Virus record (IMG/VR): IMGVR_UViG_3300030503_000287 | DNA: 64,000 nucleotides | Strand: one strand, 5' to 3' | Origin: a virus | Shown here: positions 17,715 through 28,049 of the stretch, piece by piece | Layout: each line of letters begins with the position of its first letter | Numbering within the stretch: the first letter of the stretch is position 1 | The notes under the pieces: generated by a model | What the model was told of the DNA's origin: nothing | Seen by the model: only the letters and a program-made list of their open reading frames with translations | Databases searched by the model: none | Translations under genes and position numbers: made by a program

Positions 17715-19084
17715 TACCCACCACCATCACTACATCCATAACCGTTAACTTCCTTTTGAACTTTTCGTTCTTGTTCGGTCATTAAGACAAAAGGTAAATT
17801 ACGTGATTGAAAACCACAAGCCTGTTTGTGTCCGCCCCCACCATACTTGATAGCGATTTGTGAAAGATCAATATCAGGTCGATGTGGAGCACCATATAAG
17901 GAAATTGACCATTTATTGCCATCCCATCCAAAACCAAGACAGGCATCATGATCATCTGTTAACGCTGCGGTAAACAGGTGAGAATTATATCCTCTTGATG
18001 TATTTATAGCAAGGAATGTGATACCTTCCCAATCCAGAGTAAAACCGCATGATTTGATAGTTTTAGCATATTGTTTGGTTTGGTAATCTTGAATCAGTTT
18101 ACCGTTTTGTAATAGTTCGTCAACAGTGCAAGCTGCATATTTACCGTTATCAAGCAGTCTATCCCAATATGAATATAAACCATGTGGTTTGGAATTAAGA
18201 TCAACACTACGAAGACCGAACTGAAAAGTATCTGCTCGCTCGTCTCTCTTATCCCAAATATCATATTCCCCAGCGAGACGTACAGCAATAGGCTCAGGAA
18301 GTAACCGATCAATAAACATTTCCTTAACTAAAGTTTCTCGGGAACCCTCAATTAAATATTGCCAACAAAGACGACAAGCAGCCACTCCATCAATTTGCAG
18401 TCCGGGCAATTTTCCGTATCGGTCTATGGCAGTCTTGTGATGATCTATCCATATTACACCTTTATGATCCATCAATGAAGGAACATTAATGTCAAGTATA
18501 TAAATGGTGTCGTCTTTGTCACACACAGGCTCTATGTCACCATAATCCCATCCGATGTACTCAACGTCTTTATCGCCGAGTGCCTTATGTGCAATTTCCC
18601 TGCAAAACAAACCATCGAAATCAGCCTTGTGATATATAACAATAGTACTCATATATTGATCCTTCTGTATGAAATTAATACAGTTATGTAAATCATCTTT
18701 TCGCAGCGGTAAATGAGGACAAACATGAACAACTCTATAGACGTGTTTGTGATAGTTGTTTATTACTCTCTCTACCATTATTTCACGCTTACTAACTTTA
18801 AAAATATTCATGCGCCAATACTCATTATAGGTGTCTTTCAAATGATCCCACCATGTCAACGGTATTGATATTGTGTGGCTGGTATATTTCTTTACTACAG
18901 GATCATGAACTACTTCTTCAAAGACATTGTTAGAAGCGAGTTTTGTTGACAGATCGTATACCATACCACGCAATCTATCACTGTAGTAAGAATTGGCCGT
19001 AATATCCAGTGATACTTCCATATCTGAGACAACTTCTTTGATAGCGTAATTTTCGAAGTCATACTCTACAGATCTAATTCCCAT
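17714..19084 (-). CDS. DHH/DHHA1-family phosphoesterase with N-terminal extension
   Basis: HKADFDG, ILDINV, IWIDHHKT and GGGGHKQACGF motifs in order. The first 150 aa or so are unassigned. Confidence 0.7.
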   Translation of the reverse strand: MGIRSVEYDFENYAIKEVVSDMEVSLDITANSYYSDRLRGMVYDLSTKLASNNVFEEVVHDPVVKKYTSHTISIPLTWWDHLKDTYNEYWRMNIFKVSKREIMVERVINNYHKHVYRVVHVCPHLPLRKDDLHNCINFIQKDQYMSTIVIYHKADFDGLFCREIAHKALGDKDVEYIGWDYGDIEPVCDKDDTIYILDINVPSLMDHKGVIWIDHHKTAIDRYGKLPGLQIDGVAACRLCWQYLIEGSRETLVKEMFIDRLLPEPIAVRLAGEYDIWDKRDERADTFQFGLRSVDLNSKPHGLYSYWDRLLDNGKYAACTVDELLQNGKLIQDYQTKQYAKTIKSCGFTLDWEGITFLAINTSRGYNSHLFTAALTDDHDACLGFGWDGNKWSISLYGAPHRPDIDLSQIAIKYGGGGHKQACGFQSRNLPFVLMTEQERKVQKEVNGYGCSDGGG

Positions 19085-20030
19085 TTAAAAACTCTCCGAC
19101 TTCCAGTTTCCATTTGTCCGGTACCCATCTAGTGCTGCTGAAAGGTATTGGCATGTGTAATGTTGAAACATAAGAAACAGTGGATGGTACGTTACCTACG
19201 TAAAGTATCTTTTTTGGTTTAATAACCTTGTGAATGTAATGTCCCATCTGATAATTACTATCAAACGCTGAGGCATAGGTGTAATACCCATTCCACCATT
19301 TGACTTTATATTCATCTATAGCTTGCCATAACCAACCATCATAATTCCACGGAACTTGGGGACGTTTATCATCATCCGCTGGCCATAATGGAGTATCACC
19401 AATGACCATGAAACCACCAACCGCGCCCATACCAAGACTCGGAGGCAATAACTTTGAAGCAGCAGTCGATGAAGTTATGGAGTTAATAGCTATAACCTTT
19501 AATTTCTCAGTTGGATCTCCGTTTTCATCCATTAAATCTCTAAGGTTGTACATGCTAGCAGGTAAAGTACATCGAATATCCGCATCGGGAATACCCTTGT
19601 AGAGTTCAAGATAATGTTCGCTTAACTCCCTAATCTTATCCGCCTTCGCCTCATACATCTCCCCACTTCCCCAGCGTCCAATAACGTTCTCAGGATCATC
19701 GTACATATAGAGAGTATGAGTATTTTGGGCCATCAACATAAGTTCAAGACAGCGCCATTGATGTTTGTTCATTAATGGCTGATCATGGTATGTCTGAGAG
19801 TAAGCATAGTTTGACCAATGAAAACGATCTACGATTACTCTTGAATGACTGTCGGCAAGAAACGTAGAGAAATAGGTGTAGACGTCAATAGGTGGTTTTG
19901 AATGATGTCGATAACTCCAGCCTGGTAAGAGCTTAGATAACGCTTTCGCGACCGTAGTTTTACCTGTATTGTCCGTACCTTCAAGTATTAGCATATTCTT
20001 TATTTTCCTTGTCAATATTGGGGAAATCAA
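19074..20030 (-). CDS. thymidylate-kinase-like P-loop kinase with C-terminal extension
   Basis: LILEGTDNTGKTT P-loop and VDRFHWSNYAYS resemble Tmk. About 140 aa of extra C-terminus. Start may be the internal ATG at 19994. Confidence 0.6.
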   Translation of the reverse strand: MISPILTRKIKNMLILEGTDNTGKTTVAKALSKLLPGWSYRHHSKPPIDVYTYFSTFLADSHSRVIVDRFHWSNYAYSQTYHDQPLMNKHQWRCLELMLMAQNTHTLYMYDDPENVIGRWGSGEMYEAKADKIRELSEHYLELYKGIPDADIRCTLPASMYNLRDLMDENGDPTEKLKVIAINSITSSTAASKLLPPSLGMGAVGGFMVIGDTPLWPADDDKRPQVPWNYDGWLWQAIDEYKVKWWNGYYTYASAFDSNYQMGHYIHKVIKPKKILYVGNVPSTVSYVSTLHMPIPFSSTRWVPDKWKLEVGEFLNGN

Positions 20031-20304
20031 AATCTAATAGATGTTTATTGTTCTTGTAAGAAGAATAGTCGGTTACAGAAACCAATTCTAACGTACCACT
20101 CGAACATCCATTAACTTCTACTCTTTGAGCTTCTTTAAAGGCTTGATGTTTAATATCTGCCCCTGACATTGCAACAATTATCACAGATATTATCCGCTCT
20201 GTTACACTCTTAATCCCCCAAACATCACACGGAGCATTTGGACCATAAGTTGTAAATTGCATTGGGTATGTGATACGAACAGAACAAGCTAGTAATTTAT
20301 TCAT
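19981..20304 (-). CDS. hypothetical protein
   Basis: 107-aa ORF in the array. Confidence 0.5.
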   Translation of the reverse strand: MNKLLACSVRITYPMQFTTYGPNAPCDVWGIKSVTERIISVIIVAMSGADIKHQAFKEAQRVEVNGCSSGTLELVSVTDYSSYKNNKHLLDFDFPNIDKENKEYANT

Positions 20305-20972
20305 ATATTTGTCTTCACATAGTCAGTAAGTCCAGCAGCTTCACACAGGTCTTCATAGTCATTCAATTTGAAATCTGTGAGTGGACCGTTCTGAAGTTGA
20401 CAAAAAGTTTCCCACAGGGAAGTATTGGCGCGTTCTGAAGTTGTGTAGTTGGAAGTAGAGACAAGGGAATCAATCAAAGTACCTTCGTTCTTATATCCAC
20501 AAAATACTACTTGATTACCCTTCTTACAATCCTCTGGGTAGGTAGTAGCGATGACTATGCGCTCTGGAGTTGTAAATGCACAGATCTTCTTATGTAATGG
20601 TTTAGCTGCACCATTCGTATCTACCATTACAAACCCAATATTTGGATTGGCGATATGAAGATGTCGTAATAATTCAACCATAGCCTTTAGTGGGTTGCCT
20701 TGAGCACAAGCTTCAACCAGCACAATATCAAGTTCTGGCAGTTCGTATTTGAGAAAGGGAATTGTCTCTGCAACCGGAGCATCCACGAGCGGTTTTAGAC
20801 AATCTCCATAATGATCTATAAGTTCATTTGCTGGCTGATCACAGTCTTCAGTCAAATTCTTCAAACCCATAAAGTGAATTGGTTCTCCGCTTAGTTTTGC
20901 CAATCCATTAATCAGATCGTTGTACATCGTCTGTTCTTGCAGTGAGACATATCCCACGAAACCTATACGCAT
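20301..20972 (-). CDS. hypothetical protein
   Basis: 223-aa ORF. Start MRIGFVGY. No motif recognised. Confidence 0.55.
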   Translation of the reverse strand: MRIGFVGYVSLQEQTMYNDLINGLAKLSGEPIHFMGLKNLTEDCDQPANELIDHYGDCLKPLVDAPVAETIPFLKYELPELDIVLVEACAQGNPLKAMVELLRHLHIANPNIGFVMVDTNGAAKPLHKKICAFTTPERIVIATTYPEDCKKGNQVVFCGYKNEGTLIDSLVSTSNYTTSERANTSLWETFCQLQNGPLTDFKLNDYEDLCEAAGLTDYVKTNI

Positions 20973-21038
20973 TTAATTATTCCTTTATCTTCATGGCCTG
21001 TATAAACGATACTATCAGACCGAAAATTATCAACAAAG

Positions 21039-21359
21039 TCAAATTGCAGTCCCTTTTACAGTTGGCTCCATATTACGCCAATCCTTAATTCTCCAAAAAC
21101 TGTAACGATTATTGCGGCCCCTTAATGGAGTAAAACCAACACAACCATTCGTGTATACTTCAAACTTCCACTTACTGCCTTTATAAGCGCAAGATAGTGA
21201 ATATCCGCTAAGTTCAGTTTGTATCATGGTAATGCCTTGTTCGAGTAATCCATTGATACGAACTATTTCAGCGTCTGCCTTTCGTTGAGCTATTTCCTCA
21301 CGATTAGTTTTATTTTTAACAATATCTTCTATACGTGCGAATTGTATAACTTTTCCCAT
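21039..21359 (-). CDS. hypothetical protein
   Basis: Internal ATG at 21359 overlaps the upstream TGA (TGATG). The longer ORF-track form would overlap the MazG-like gene. Confidence 0.5.
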   Translation of the reverse strand: MGKVIQFARIEDIVKNKTNREEIAQRKADAEIVRINGLLEQGITMIQTELSGYSLSCAYKGSKWKFEVYTNGCVGFTPLRGRNNRYSFWRIKDWRNMEPTVKGTAI

Positions 21360-21732
21360 CAAAAACTCACTTTCGTATACTTCTCGATTAAACCAGCAAT
21401 ATCTGGTGGGAGCCAGCCATCTGGTTTTGTAATTTTCTTGTGATCGGCAGTCGCTGGTATCTTCTTCATATTTGCAGCTTGAACAAGATCGAACCCTTCT
21501 TGCCATGGAAAACCCTGCATATCAGCGGTTCCAAGAGCGACATAAACAATATCAAGAAGGGCATCAAATTGCAGGGCCAAATCTCCCTTTTCAACTGCTT
21601 GTATATACTCTTCCAATTCCTCAGTCAGAAACTTTATGCGGAAATCTCTGTTGGTAGATTGATTGGAAAGTCTGATGTTGGAACACCAAACTTTCTGTGG
21701 AATGCTTGAACATCTTCAAAATTTGTTAACAT
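21359..21732 (-). pseudogene. MazG-like NTP pyrophosphohydrolase split by a 1-nt frame change
   Basis: ATG 21732 opens MLTNFEDVQAFHRKFGVPTSDFPINLPTEISA-stop. The -1 frame continues DFRIKFLTEELEEYIQAVEKGDLALQFDALLDIVYVALGTADMQG. Together these form a complete MazG-like fold. Confidence 0.6.
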
Positions 21733-21745
21733 AATGTATTATACC

Positions 21746-22933
21746 TTATTTTCCCTTAATTTTACGTGGCGCAACAGATTTTATTTTTGTAACCTTGAGT
21801 GAAGATTCCTTGTTTGAAACTGTAATAATCTTAGATGCAATGTCACGAGCAAGTTCTGGGAATGGCTCTTTAAGTTCATCAATACATCCAAGTTTAGCCG
21901 TAAATATTTCAGGTAAGAGTTCTCGTAACCCAACGATTTCTTCTTCATCTCGATTTAGGGCGCTGAGGACGATTGGCAGAACATCATTGACGTCCAATTT
22001 ACGAGCGGACCCCGTTTCATTTGTAAACTCCTGACCATCACAAACAATCTTGCCACCACTATCTTTAATTTCTTCCATCAACGCAATCTCGGTACTGAGC
22101 ATATATCCTTTCGCAAGATTAACCACCTGTTTTAACTTCAAATATTTCTCAGCGTTAGACATACCGCTCGATTCTAGTTTCGCAATAGCATCTTCTTTAA
22201 ACTCCGTTACCTGAGCGCTGAAGGCAAGACAGGTAGAACGCAATGAGCAATATTGACAACCAGTACCAATTCTAGTTTCGAATTGATTACGCTCCAGTTC
22301 CCCATAAATCTTGCCACAGCGACCAAACGTTACCAAATCATCTTCTTCGGTAATGGTCCACTCAACAGTAGTCACCAGATTTACATACCCAATAACAAAC
22401 CGTATATTTTTTGCCTCTGGGAACATGCGACGAACCGCCATAGTGTAGAGACGTGGTTGAAGTTTGTGTCTCCATACTTCAACCCCTTCATAACCACGAT
22501 TTGTTTTATGATCCCATACAATGATTGTATTTGTTGTTTTATCGAACAAAATAAGGTCAATATGTCCCAGAATTGGAAGATAGCCAGGGTACATCTCAAA
22601 ACTAAATTCATACTCTGTAGCTATAATCTCATATTCGCGTTTGTCAAGTAGATCCAGATACTTGCGTAGGTTCTTACGTTCATCAGCGTTGGGAATTTTT
22701 GACCAGTTTTCATCCTTGTCGATGATTGCGAAAGCCTGTTCCCCAGCTTTTCTTGCTATCAAAAAGCGTTCAATGATAGCGTGAACCGCTGTGCCAATAG
22801 TCGCATAAGGGCTATCTCTTCGTTCCGTCTCAACAAAGTTTTCATTAAACCACTTTGCCGGACACTCTTCAAATGACTGCGCAGAAGTAACTCTCAATGC
22901 CGTGATAGTTTTATTATTTGCTGTGTATTCCAT
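21746..22933 (-). CDS. Cas4/RecB-like PD-(D/E)XK exonuclease with Cys cluster
   Basis: GHIDLILFD...VWDHKT nuclease core, N-terminal Cys (ECPAKW) and C-terminal CQYCSLRSTC. Confidence 0.65.
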   Translation of the reverse strand: MEYTANNKTITALRVTSAQSFEECPAKWFNENFVETERRDSPYATIGTAVHAIIERFLIARKAGEQAFAIIDKDENWSKIPNADERKNLRKYLDLLDKREYEIIATEYEFSFEMYPGYLPILGHIDLILFDKTTNTIIVWDHKTNRGYEGVEVWRHKLQPRLYTMAVRRMFPEAKNIRFVIGYVNLVTTVEWTITEEDDLVTFGRCGKIYGELERNQFETRIGTGCQYCSLRSTCLAFSAQVTEFKEDAIAKLESSGMSNAEKYLKLKQVVNLAKGYMLSTEIALMEEIKDSGGKIVCDGQEFTNETGSARKLDVNDVLPIVLSALNRDEEEIVGLRELLPEIFTAKLGCIDELKEPFPELARDIASKIITVSNKESSLKVTKIKSVAPRKIKGK

Positions 22934-23181
22934 TACGATTTCCCTGTTTTAATGTATTCGACATGACGTTTCTTGTCTTCGGCTTGTGGCATATAACCTG
23001 GCTTAGCATCCACTAAGCGCTCAAACTCAAGTTCCCAGTTCATGATAGAATTTCTCAAATATCGACTTAACTCATCTTTTTGTTCTATGGTTAAAGATGC
23101 CATATACTCTTGAAACCAAATAGGAAAATATAACTTGCCTTCAACTAACATTAACTCGTACTGTTTCATGTCATATTTCAT
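22933..23181 (-). CDS. hypothetical protein
   Basis: 82-aa ORF. Start abuts the upstream stop. Confidence 0.5.
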   Translation of the reverse strand: MKYDMKQYELMLVEGKLYFPIWFQEYMASLTIEQKDELSRYLRNSIMNWELEFERLVDAKPGYMPQAEDKKRHVEYIKTGKS

Positions 23182-23370
23182 TTATATATTTACCTTATCT
23201 TGCAGCTTCAATAGTGCAATATCTTTAATTACAGCCTTAACAGCTTCAGTAACAGCCCTGCTTAATCGAACAGATGGATCTTCAATTCCAGCAGCCTTTG
23301 CTTCTTCGTAAAAATCAGATAGATCATTTTCTGGTACACGCACTTCAAAATTAAGTCTAGTAAGTTTCAT
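23182..23370 (-). CDS. hypothetical protein
   Basis: 62-aa ORF in the array. Confidence 0.45.
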   Translation of the reverse strand: MKLTRLNFEVRVPENDLSDFYEEAKAAGIEDPSVRLSRAVTEAVKAVIKDIALLKLQDKVNI

Positions 23371-24185
23371 AAATTTTCCTGTTGTCTTTCTAATTCTTCA
23401 ATGTCTTCTCTATCATCGGTCCACCCAAACGCTCTACTAACTCTATTCAACGCAATATCGTAATAGTTATCATCTAACTCAATACCTATAAACTTACGAT
23501 TGGTATTAGCTGCAGCTACTCCGGTTGAACCAGATCCCATCGTTGAATCTAAAACTATATCATCTTCGTTTGAATATATCTTTATTAAATATTCCAAAAG
23601 AGGTACGGGTTTTTGAGTTGGGTGAACCGTATTGCCTTCGTTATTGAATTTTAGAATTGAAGACGGATAGTTTGTAAATTCTTGTGTGTAGATTTTATTT
23701 GAGGGTCTTGCAAAATTATGACCTGATTTATCTGCCTTACAAGATTTGTCTCCATTAACAATTTTATTAAGAAGTTTCAAGTCTTGCGGGTTATAATTCA
23801 TTCTCCCTTTTTGATCAATATGTTTTATACTTCCTTTAGAGAATATTAAAATATTTTCGTGTTTTTTTAATGGAGAATTTTTTACGTGAGTAAAACCAAG
23901 ACCCCTACTTTTCTCCCATATCCATTCATACTTAAACATATCAGAATTGCTCATAACCAAAGCACTTGTAAATGGTTGAGATCCAAACAGAGAAATCGCC
24001 CCGTTCGGCTTTATAACCCGTTTATACTGCTCCCATAGAGGCTCAAATGGGATAATTATATCCCATTTACAAGCGGTCGTACCATAAGGGAGATCACATA
24101 AAATCATATCTACTGAACAATCAGGTATTCTCTTCATCTCTTCAAGACAATTGCCGTGAATTAAGACATATCTATCAAGTCTCAT
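23367..24185 (-). CDS. DNA methyltransferase (N6-A/N4-C, beta class)
   Basis: CDLPYG (DPPY-like motif IV) precedes LDSTMGSGSTGVAA (motif I). Confidence 0.85.
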   Translation of the reverse strand: MRLDRYVLIHGNCLEEMKRIPDCSVDMILCDLPYGTTACKWDIIIPFEPLWEQYKRVIKPNGAISLFGSQPFTSALVMSNSDMFKYEWIWEKSRGLGFTHVKNSPLKKHENILIFSKGSIKHIDQKGRMNYNPQDLKLLNKIVNGDKSCKADKSGHNFARPSNKIYTQEFTNYPSSILKFNNEGNTVHPTQKPVPLLEYLIKIYSNEDDIVLDSTMGSGSTGVAAANTNRKFIGIELDDNYYDIALNRVSRAFGWTDDREDIEELERQQENL

Positions 24186-24372
24186 CTTGAATTAATTCTC
24201 CAAATTGCTCATGAGCTAACTCTATTACTTCATCAATATCTATTTTATCCACCCTGTAAACTTCTACATACAAACCTAAACGCCCCCAAGAAGTGTCAAA
24301 ACATTCTTGCTCTGCCGCCATTACGAATGCTTCAGCATCAAATTTGAATTTGAACTTAAACCGGAGATCCAT
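24175..24372 (-). CDS. hypothetical protein
   Basis: 65-aa ORF between the polymerase and the MTase. Confidence 0.45.
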   Translation of the reverse strand: MDLRFKFKFKFDAEAFVMAAEQECFDTSWGRLGLYVEVYRVDKIDIDEVIELAHEQFGELIQDET

Positions 24373-27344
24373 TATCTTTTCCTTATAATTACATTCGATT
24401 CAGCGTAGAACGCTTCACCTTGCCATGCGCCCTTGACTGCTACGAAGTCACCAGCTTGAATATTTCTAAATTTATCAGCCAGCGCAGGAATATGTTTCTT
24501 AGCAATACGAACCAAGATAGCCATATCAGGATCTTCCAGAACGAACTTTATGTGATCACTTCCAAAATCAACTACTGTAACATAACCTGCAACTGTCAGT
24601 CGTGACCACGGAGCACAATCTTTAAGTACACCAAGGCCACTTATTTGATTACGATCTCTTGCCTCTCTATCGCACTGCTTCATACTCGATATAGGGCACC
24701 ACGGAGCGAGTATTATTTGTTCATTTGGATCGGTGTCACCATTTGCTATCCCAAGCTTATCAATCTTTTTCTTTAAAGCTAAAGGAACAACATCAGAATG
24801 TAAGAAATTCTCCCACCCAGTATATGGTCCACCCTCAAGTATCTTATTGGCAGTCGCAGTTCCGATACTGAAGAGGTTGGAATATCCACCTATTAACACT
24901 CCCTCTCTTGGTGAGGAGAATGAGAATTTAGAATATCTTGGGTCTAACAATTCAACCTGTCCACCCATAAATTTAAACTCATTAATTACTGACTTTACAA
25001 CTGATGGGTCAGACTCCAATTGAAGGTATGCCTCATAAAACTGTGCAGGGAAATGAGTCTTTAGATAAAGCATATAGTAAGATATTAGAGCATACGTAAC
25101 TGCGTGGCTGAGATTGAAGCTGTAGAGTCCATGCGTAAGTATGGATACCCACCACTTTCCTATTTCTGCCTCTCGTACCCCGTTCTTAGTCGCACCCTCA
25201 TAAAACATATCTCTATATTGTTCTACAAACTCGACACCTGCTGACCCTGAAACACCCTTACGCAGCTTATGAACGTCCTTCCATTCAAAACCAGCCAACT
25301 CTCTCGCAAAACGCATTACTTGTTCTTGATATACCAATATACCGTATGTTGATTGTAGGATATCGGCTGCGATAGGGTGTAGACTGCTAAGATAGGCTTT
25401 GAATCGCGCTGGGGAAAGTTTGTTATTTTTGTATGTTTCTACCCAGTCGCCCGGTCCAGGTCGGCAGAGAGCGGATGCAGCTACTAGATCATCAAAAGTA
25501 TCAAGCCCTATCTCTTTAGATACTCTCAGCGCTGATGCACCATCTAGTTGAAAGACTCCGCTCATAAATCCTGATTTGGCCGTCACATAACTCTCAGCGT
25601 CGTTCAAGGGTAAGGAATGTAACCACTGAGTATCTTTACCTATGGCTCGTAGTGTGAGAGACAGAACATCAAGGGCCTCTACAGATAGGAAATCCATCTT
25701 TAAAAAGCCCATCTCAACTGCGCCTTTTTTATCTACACAGGCAATAGGCATTTTATCCTTATCATAAATGACCCCAATATGATTCTCAAGTGCATCTGGA
25801 CTAATTATGACTCCACAAGCATGTACAGAAGATTGGCGATACTGACCAATGATTTTCTCTACGATCTTCAATTGTGGATAGTTTGCCAAGACCGTTAATG
25901 CGGCTCTGTCTCTGATATGATCGAATGTTAAGGTATCTTCAGAGAGAGCATTGGACAAATCACCAAAGACAGAACGCGGAATGTCATAAGCGCCAGCAGC
26001 ATCCTGTAAGGCGCTCTTGGCCTTTAACTCCATGATATTAGCAAGTTGTGAACAGTTGTTGGCTCCGTAGATGTCATACACATGTTGAACAGCAAGATTG
26101 CGAACTCTCTTTTCAAAGTCAATATCAACATCTGGTGGGTCAGGCCGGTTGTCATCGTAGAAGCGTTCAAATGATAATTTGTGGTAAATAGGATCTGTCT
26201 CTGATGCTCCTATTAACCATAAAATACAACATCCCCCAGCACTACCACGACACATGACTAAGGAGGGTAGGGACTTCGCCCAATTTACAACTTCCCAAAT
26301 AGCAAGTATATAGTCACAAAAGCCTTTACGACGAATGACTTCGAACTCATGCTGAACACGTCTTACATAGCGTTCATCATTTATTACGTTTCTTCGCCCC
26401 AGTCCTTCAACAATTAATGTCCACAAAAATTGTTCAGATGTATGTGTCTCAGGCAGCCCCTTAAATACAAACTGAGTCGCTTTAGGAATTTCAACATTAC
26501 ACATATCTGCCAGCGTACCGGTATTATTGATGGCCTGTACTAATTCCTGCTCGGACGCATTAGGAGCGCATATTCTGGTCCGTTCCAACAATTCCTCAGC
26601 GCCACAGTAGTACTGAAAGTCAGGTAGTTTAATCTCTCGCTCTACACTATTAACTTTCTGGCGTGTACCGACAGACAACAACAAGTCTTGCGCTGGGTAA
26701 TCTTCTGGACGCGGGAAATGAGCATCAGACGTAACCACCATAGGAACCTGTAAATCACGAGCTATCTGAACAAGCCAAGGTAGGCTTGAATGAGAAATAT
26801 CAAGACCGGGTTCGGGGACAAGTTCTATATAGTAATGTTCGATCTGTGTTCTACGCTCATATACAAACTCATGAGCAGCTTGTGGATCTACATGGTTAAT
26901 AAGACGTGATGGATATCCACCAACACAACCACTAAGGACAAGGAGACCTTCTTGGTGTTGAGCTATTAAACCCCAGTCAATTCTAGGTTTATAATAAAAT
27001 CCATCAGTCCATGCCAACCTATTTAATTTCAGAAGATTTGAATAACCCTTCTGAGTCATGGCAAGAATTGTTACATGAGCATCAGACTTAGCTTTTAATC
27101 TTTCGATACCGCGCACTCGATCAGTGTGAACGTCTGTGATATAGAACTCAATACCAAAGATTGGCTTGATATCTGTCTTCTCAGCAGCTATTTTGAATGG
27201 TACATGGGAAAAACAGTTTCCATGATCAGTTATCCCTATGGCTTTATGACCTAATTCATTCGCTCTAGATAGTATTTGAATAGGCAAACCCATTCCGTCA
27301 AGCCACGAGTAAGTACTATGCCCATGAAGATTAACGAATACCAT
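24372..27344 (-). CDS. dnaE: DNA polymerase III alpha-type replicative polymerase
   Basis: 990 aa. N-terminal PHP domain (VNLHGHSTYSWLDG ... ITDHGN). Length and layout are typical of DnaE. Confidence 0.9.
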   Translation of the reverse strand: MVFVNLHGHSTYSWLDGMGLPIQILSRANELGHKAIGITDHGNCFSHVPFKIAAEKTDIKPIFGIEFYITDVHTDRVRGIERLKAKSDAHVTILAMTQKGYSNLLKLNRLAWTDGFYYKPRIDWGLIAQHQEGLLVLSGCVGGYPSRLINHVDPQAAHEFVYERRTQIEHYYIELVPEPGLDISHSSLPWLVQIARDLQVPMVVTSDAHFPRPEDYPAQDLLLSVGTRQKVNSVEREIKLPDFQYYCGAEELLERTRICAPNASEQELVQAINNTGTLADMCNVEIPKATQFVFKGLPETHTSEQFLWTLIVEGLGRRNVINDERYVRRVQHEFEVIRRKGFCDYILAIWEVVNWAKSLPSLVMCRGSAGGCCILWLIGASETDPIYHKLSFERFYDDNRPDPPDVDIDFEKRVRNLAVQHVYDIYGANNCSQLANIMELKAKSALQDAAGAYDIPRSVFGDLSNALSEDTLTFDHIRDRAALTVLANYPQLKIVEKIIGQYRQSSVHACGVIISPDALENHIGVIYDKDKMPIACVDKKGAVEMGFLKMDFLSVEALDVLSLTLRAIGKDTQWLHSLPLNDAESYVTAKSGFMSGVFQLDGASALRVSKEIGLDTFDDLVAASALCRPGPGDWVETYKNNKLSPARFKAYLSSLHPIAADILQSTYGILVYQEQVMRFARELAGFEWKDVHKLRKGVSGSAGVEFVEQYRDMFYEGATKNGVREAEIGKWWVSILTHGLYSFNLSHAVTYALISYYMLYLKTHFPAQFYEAYLQLESDPSVVKSVINEFKFMGGQVELLDPRYSKFSFSSPREGVLIGGYSNLFSIGTATANKILEGGPYTGWENFLHSDVVPLALKKKIDKLGIANGDTDPNEQIILAPWCPISSMKQCDREARDRNQISGLGVLKDCAPWSRLTVAGYVTVVDFGSDHIKFVLEDPDMAILVRIAKKHIPALADKFRNIQAGDFVAVKGAWQGEAFYAESNVIIRKR

Positions 27345-27553
27345 TATATTTGTTCTTTACGCAATCTTTCAAATTCAGTTTCAATTGCTCCGCAGTCACA
27401 AAGAAATGTAGAATATTGCACTGACGAGCAACATGGATGATGTTCAAGTTCTGTTCCATAGGATTTCTGAATCTTCCAAGCGACATCACAACTTAGAAAA
27501 TCAAATCTTGTAACATCAATGAGATCTCTCATATTCCTTCTCTTTCCACCCAC
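27344..27553 (-). CDS. hypothetical Cys-containing protein
   Basis: 69-aa ORF in the array. Confidence 0.45.
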   Translation of the reverse strand: MGGKRRNMRDLIDVTRFDFLSCDVAWKIQKSYGTELEHHPCCSSVQYSTFLCDCGAIETEFERLRKEQI

Positions 27554-27710
27554 ATCTTCGAGCCAGTGTTTTTACAGGTTCGATATTGGTTGTGTCAACT
27601 TCTACACTGAGATTGTCCACAGAGCGTTTTGAACGAGTGCCAAGACGGTAATATTGGACATTACTATGGAATACTTTTGCTTCTTTTTCTGTTGTGAATT
27701 CAAAGATCAT
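27516..27710 (-). CDS. hypothetical protein
   Basis: 64-aa ORF in the array. Confidence 0.4.
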   Translation of the reverse strand: MIFEFTTEKEAKVFHSNVQYYRLGTRSKRSVDNLSVEVDTTNIEPVKTLARRCGWKEKEYERSH

Positions 27711-27988
27711 TGGTTACTTCTCCACTCTTCGAGATGTTTGTCCCACAGGATCTTGTTTAGTTCTTTTCGTGTCAATTTTAGCTTCTTCTCTATTATTGAC
27801 TGGTCTTCTGAAACAGGCAACAGATAATCTGTGCCTTTCTCAGTAAGTTGCCATCCTTTGTTTGCTGGGTAATGGACATACCCACCAGTCTTTAGTTCTT
27901 TGAGAATGGCAGAAATTTCTTTGTTTCCAACAGGAACCTTTCGCTCCTCTACCATTTTCAATATTGAAATTTCTTGCTCATTTAACAT
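27707..27988 (-). CDS. winged-helix-like small protein
   Basis: 93 aa. LKMVEERKVPVGNKEISAILKELKTGGYV resembles a wHTH. Confidence 0.45.
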   Translation of the reverse strand: MLNEQEISILKMVEERKVPVGNKEISAILKELKTGGYVHYPANKGWQLTEKGTDYLLPVSEDQSIIEKKLKLTRKELNKILWDKHLEEWRSNQ

Positions 27989-28020
27989 TTATATTGTCCC
28001 TTCTCATACATTATACCACA

Positions 28021-28049
28021 ATTTTTCATAATTTACTACTATATCCAAT
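28021..28049 (-). promoter_or_regulatory. extended -10 promoter
   Basis: Minus strand reads TAGTAA, 17 nt, TGgTATAAT upstream of ATG 27988. Confidence 0.45.
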
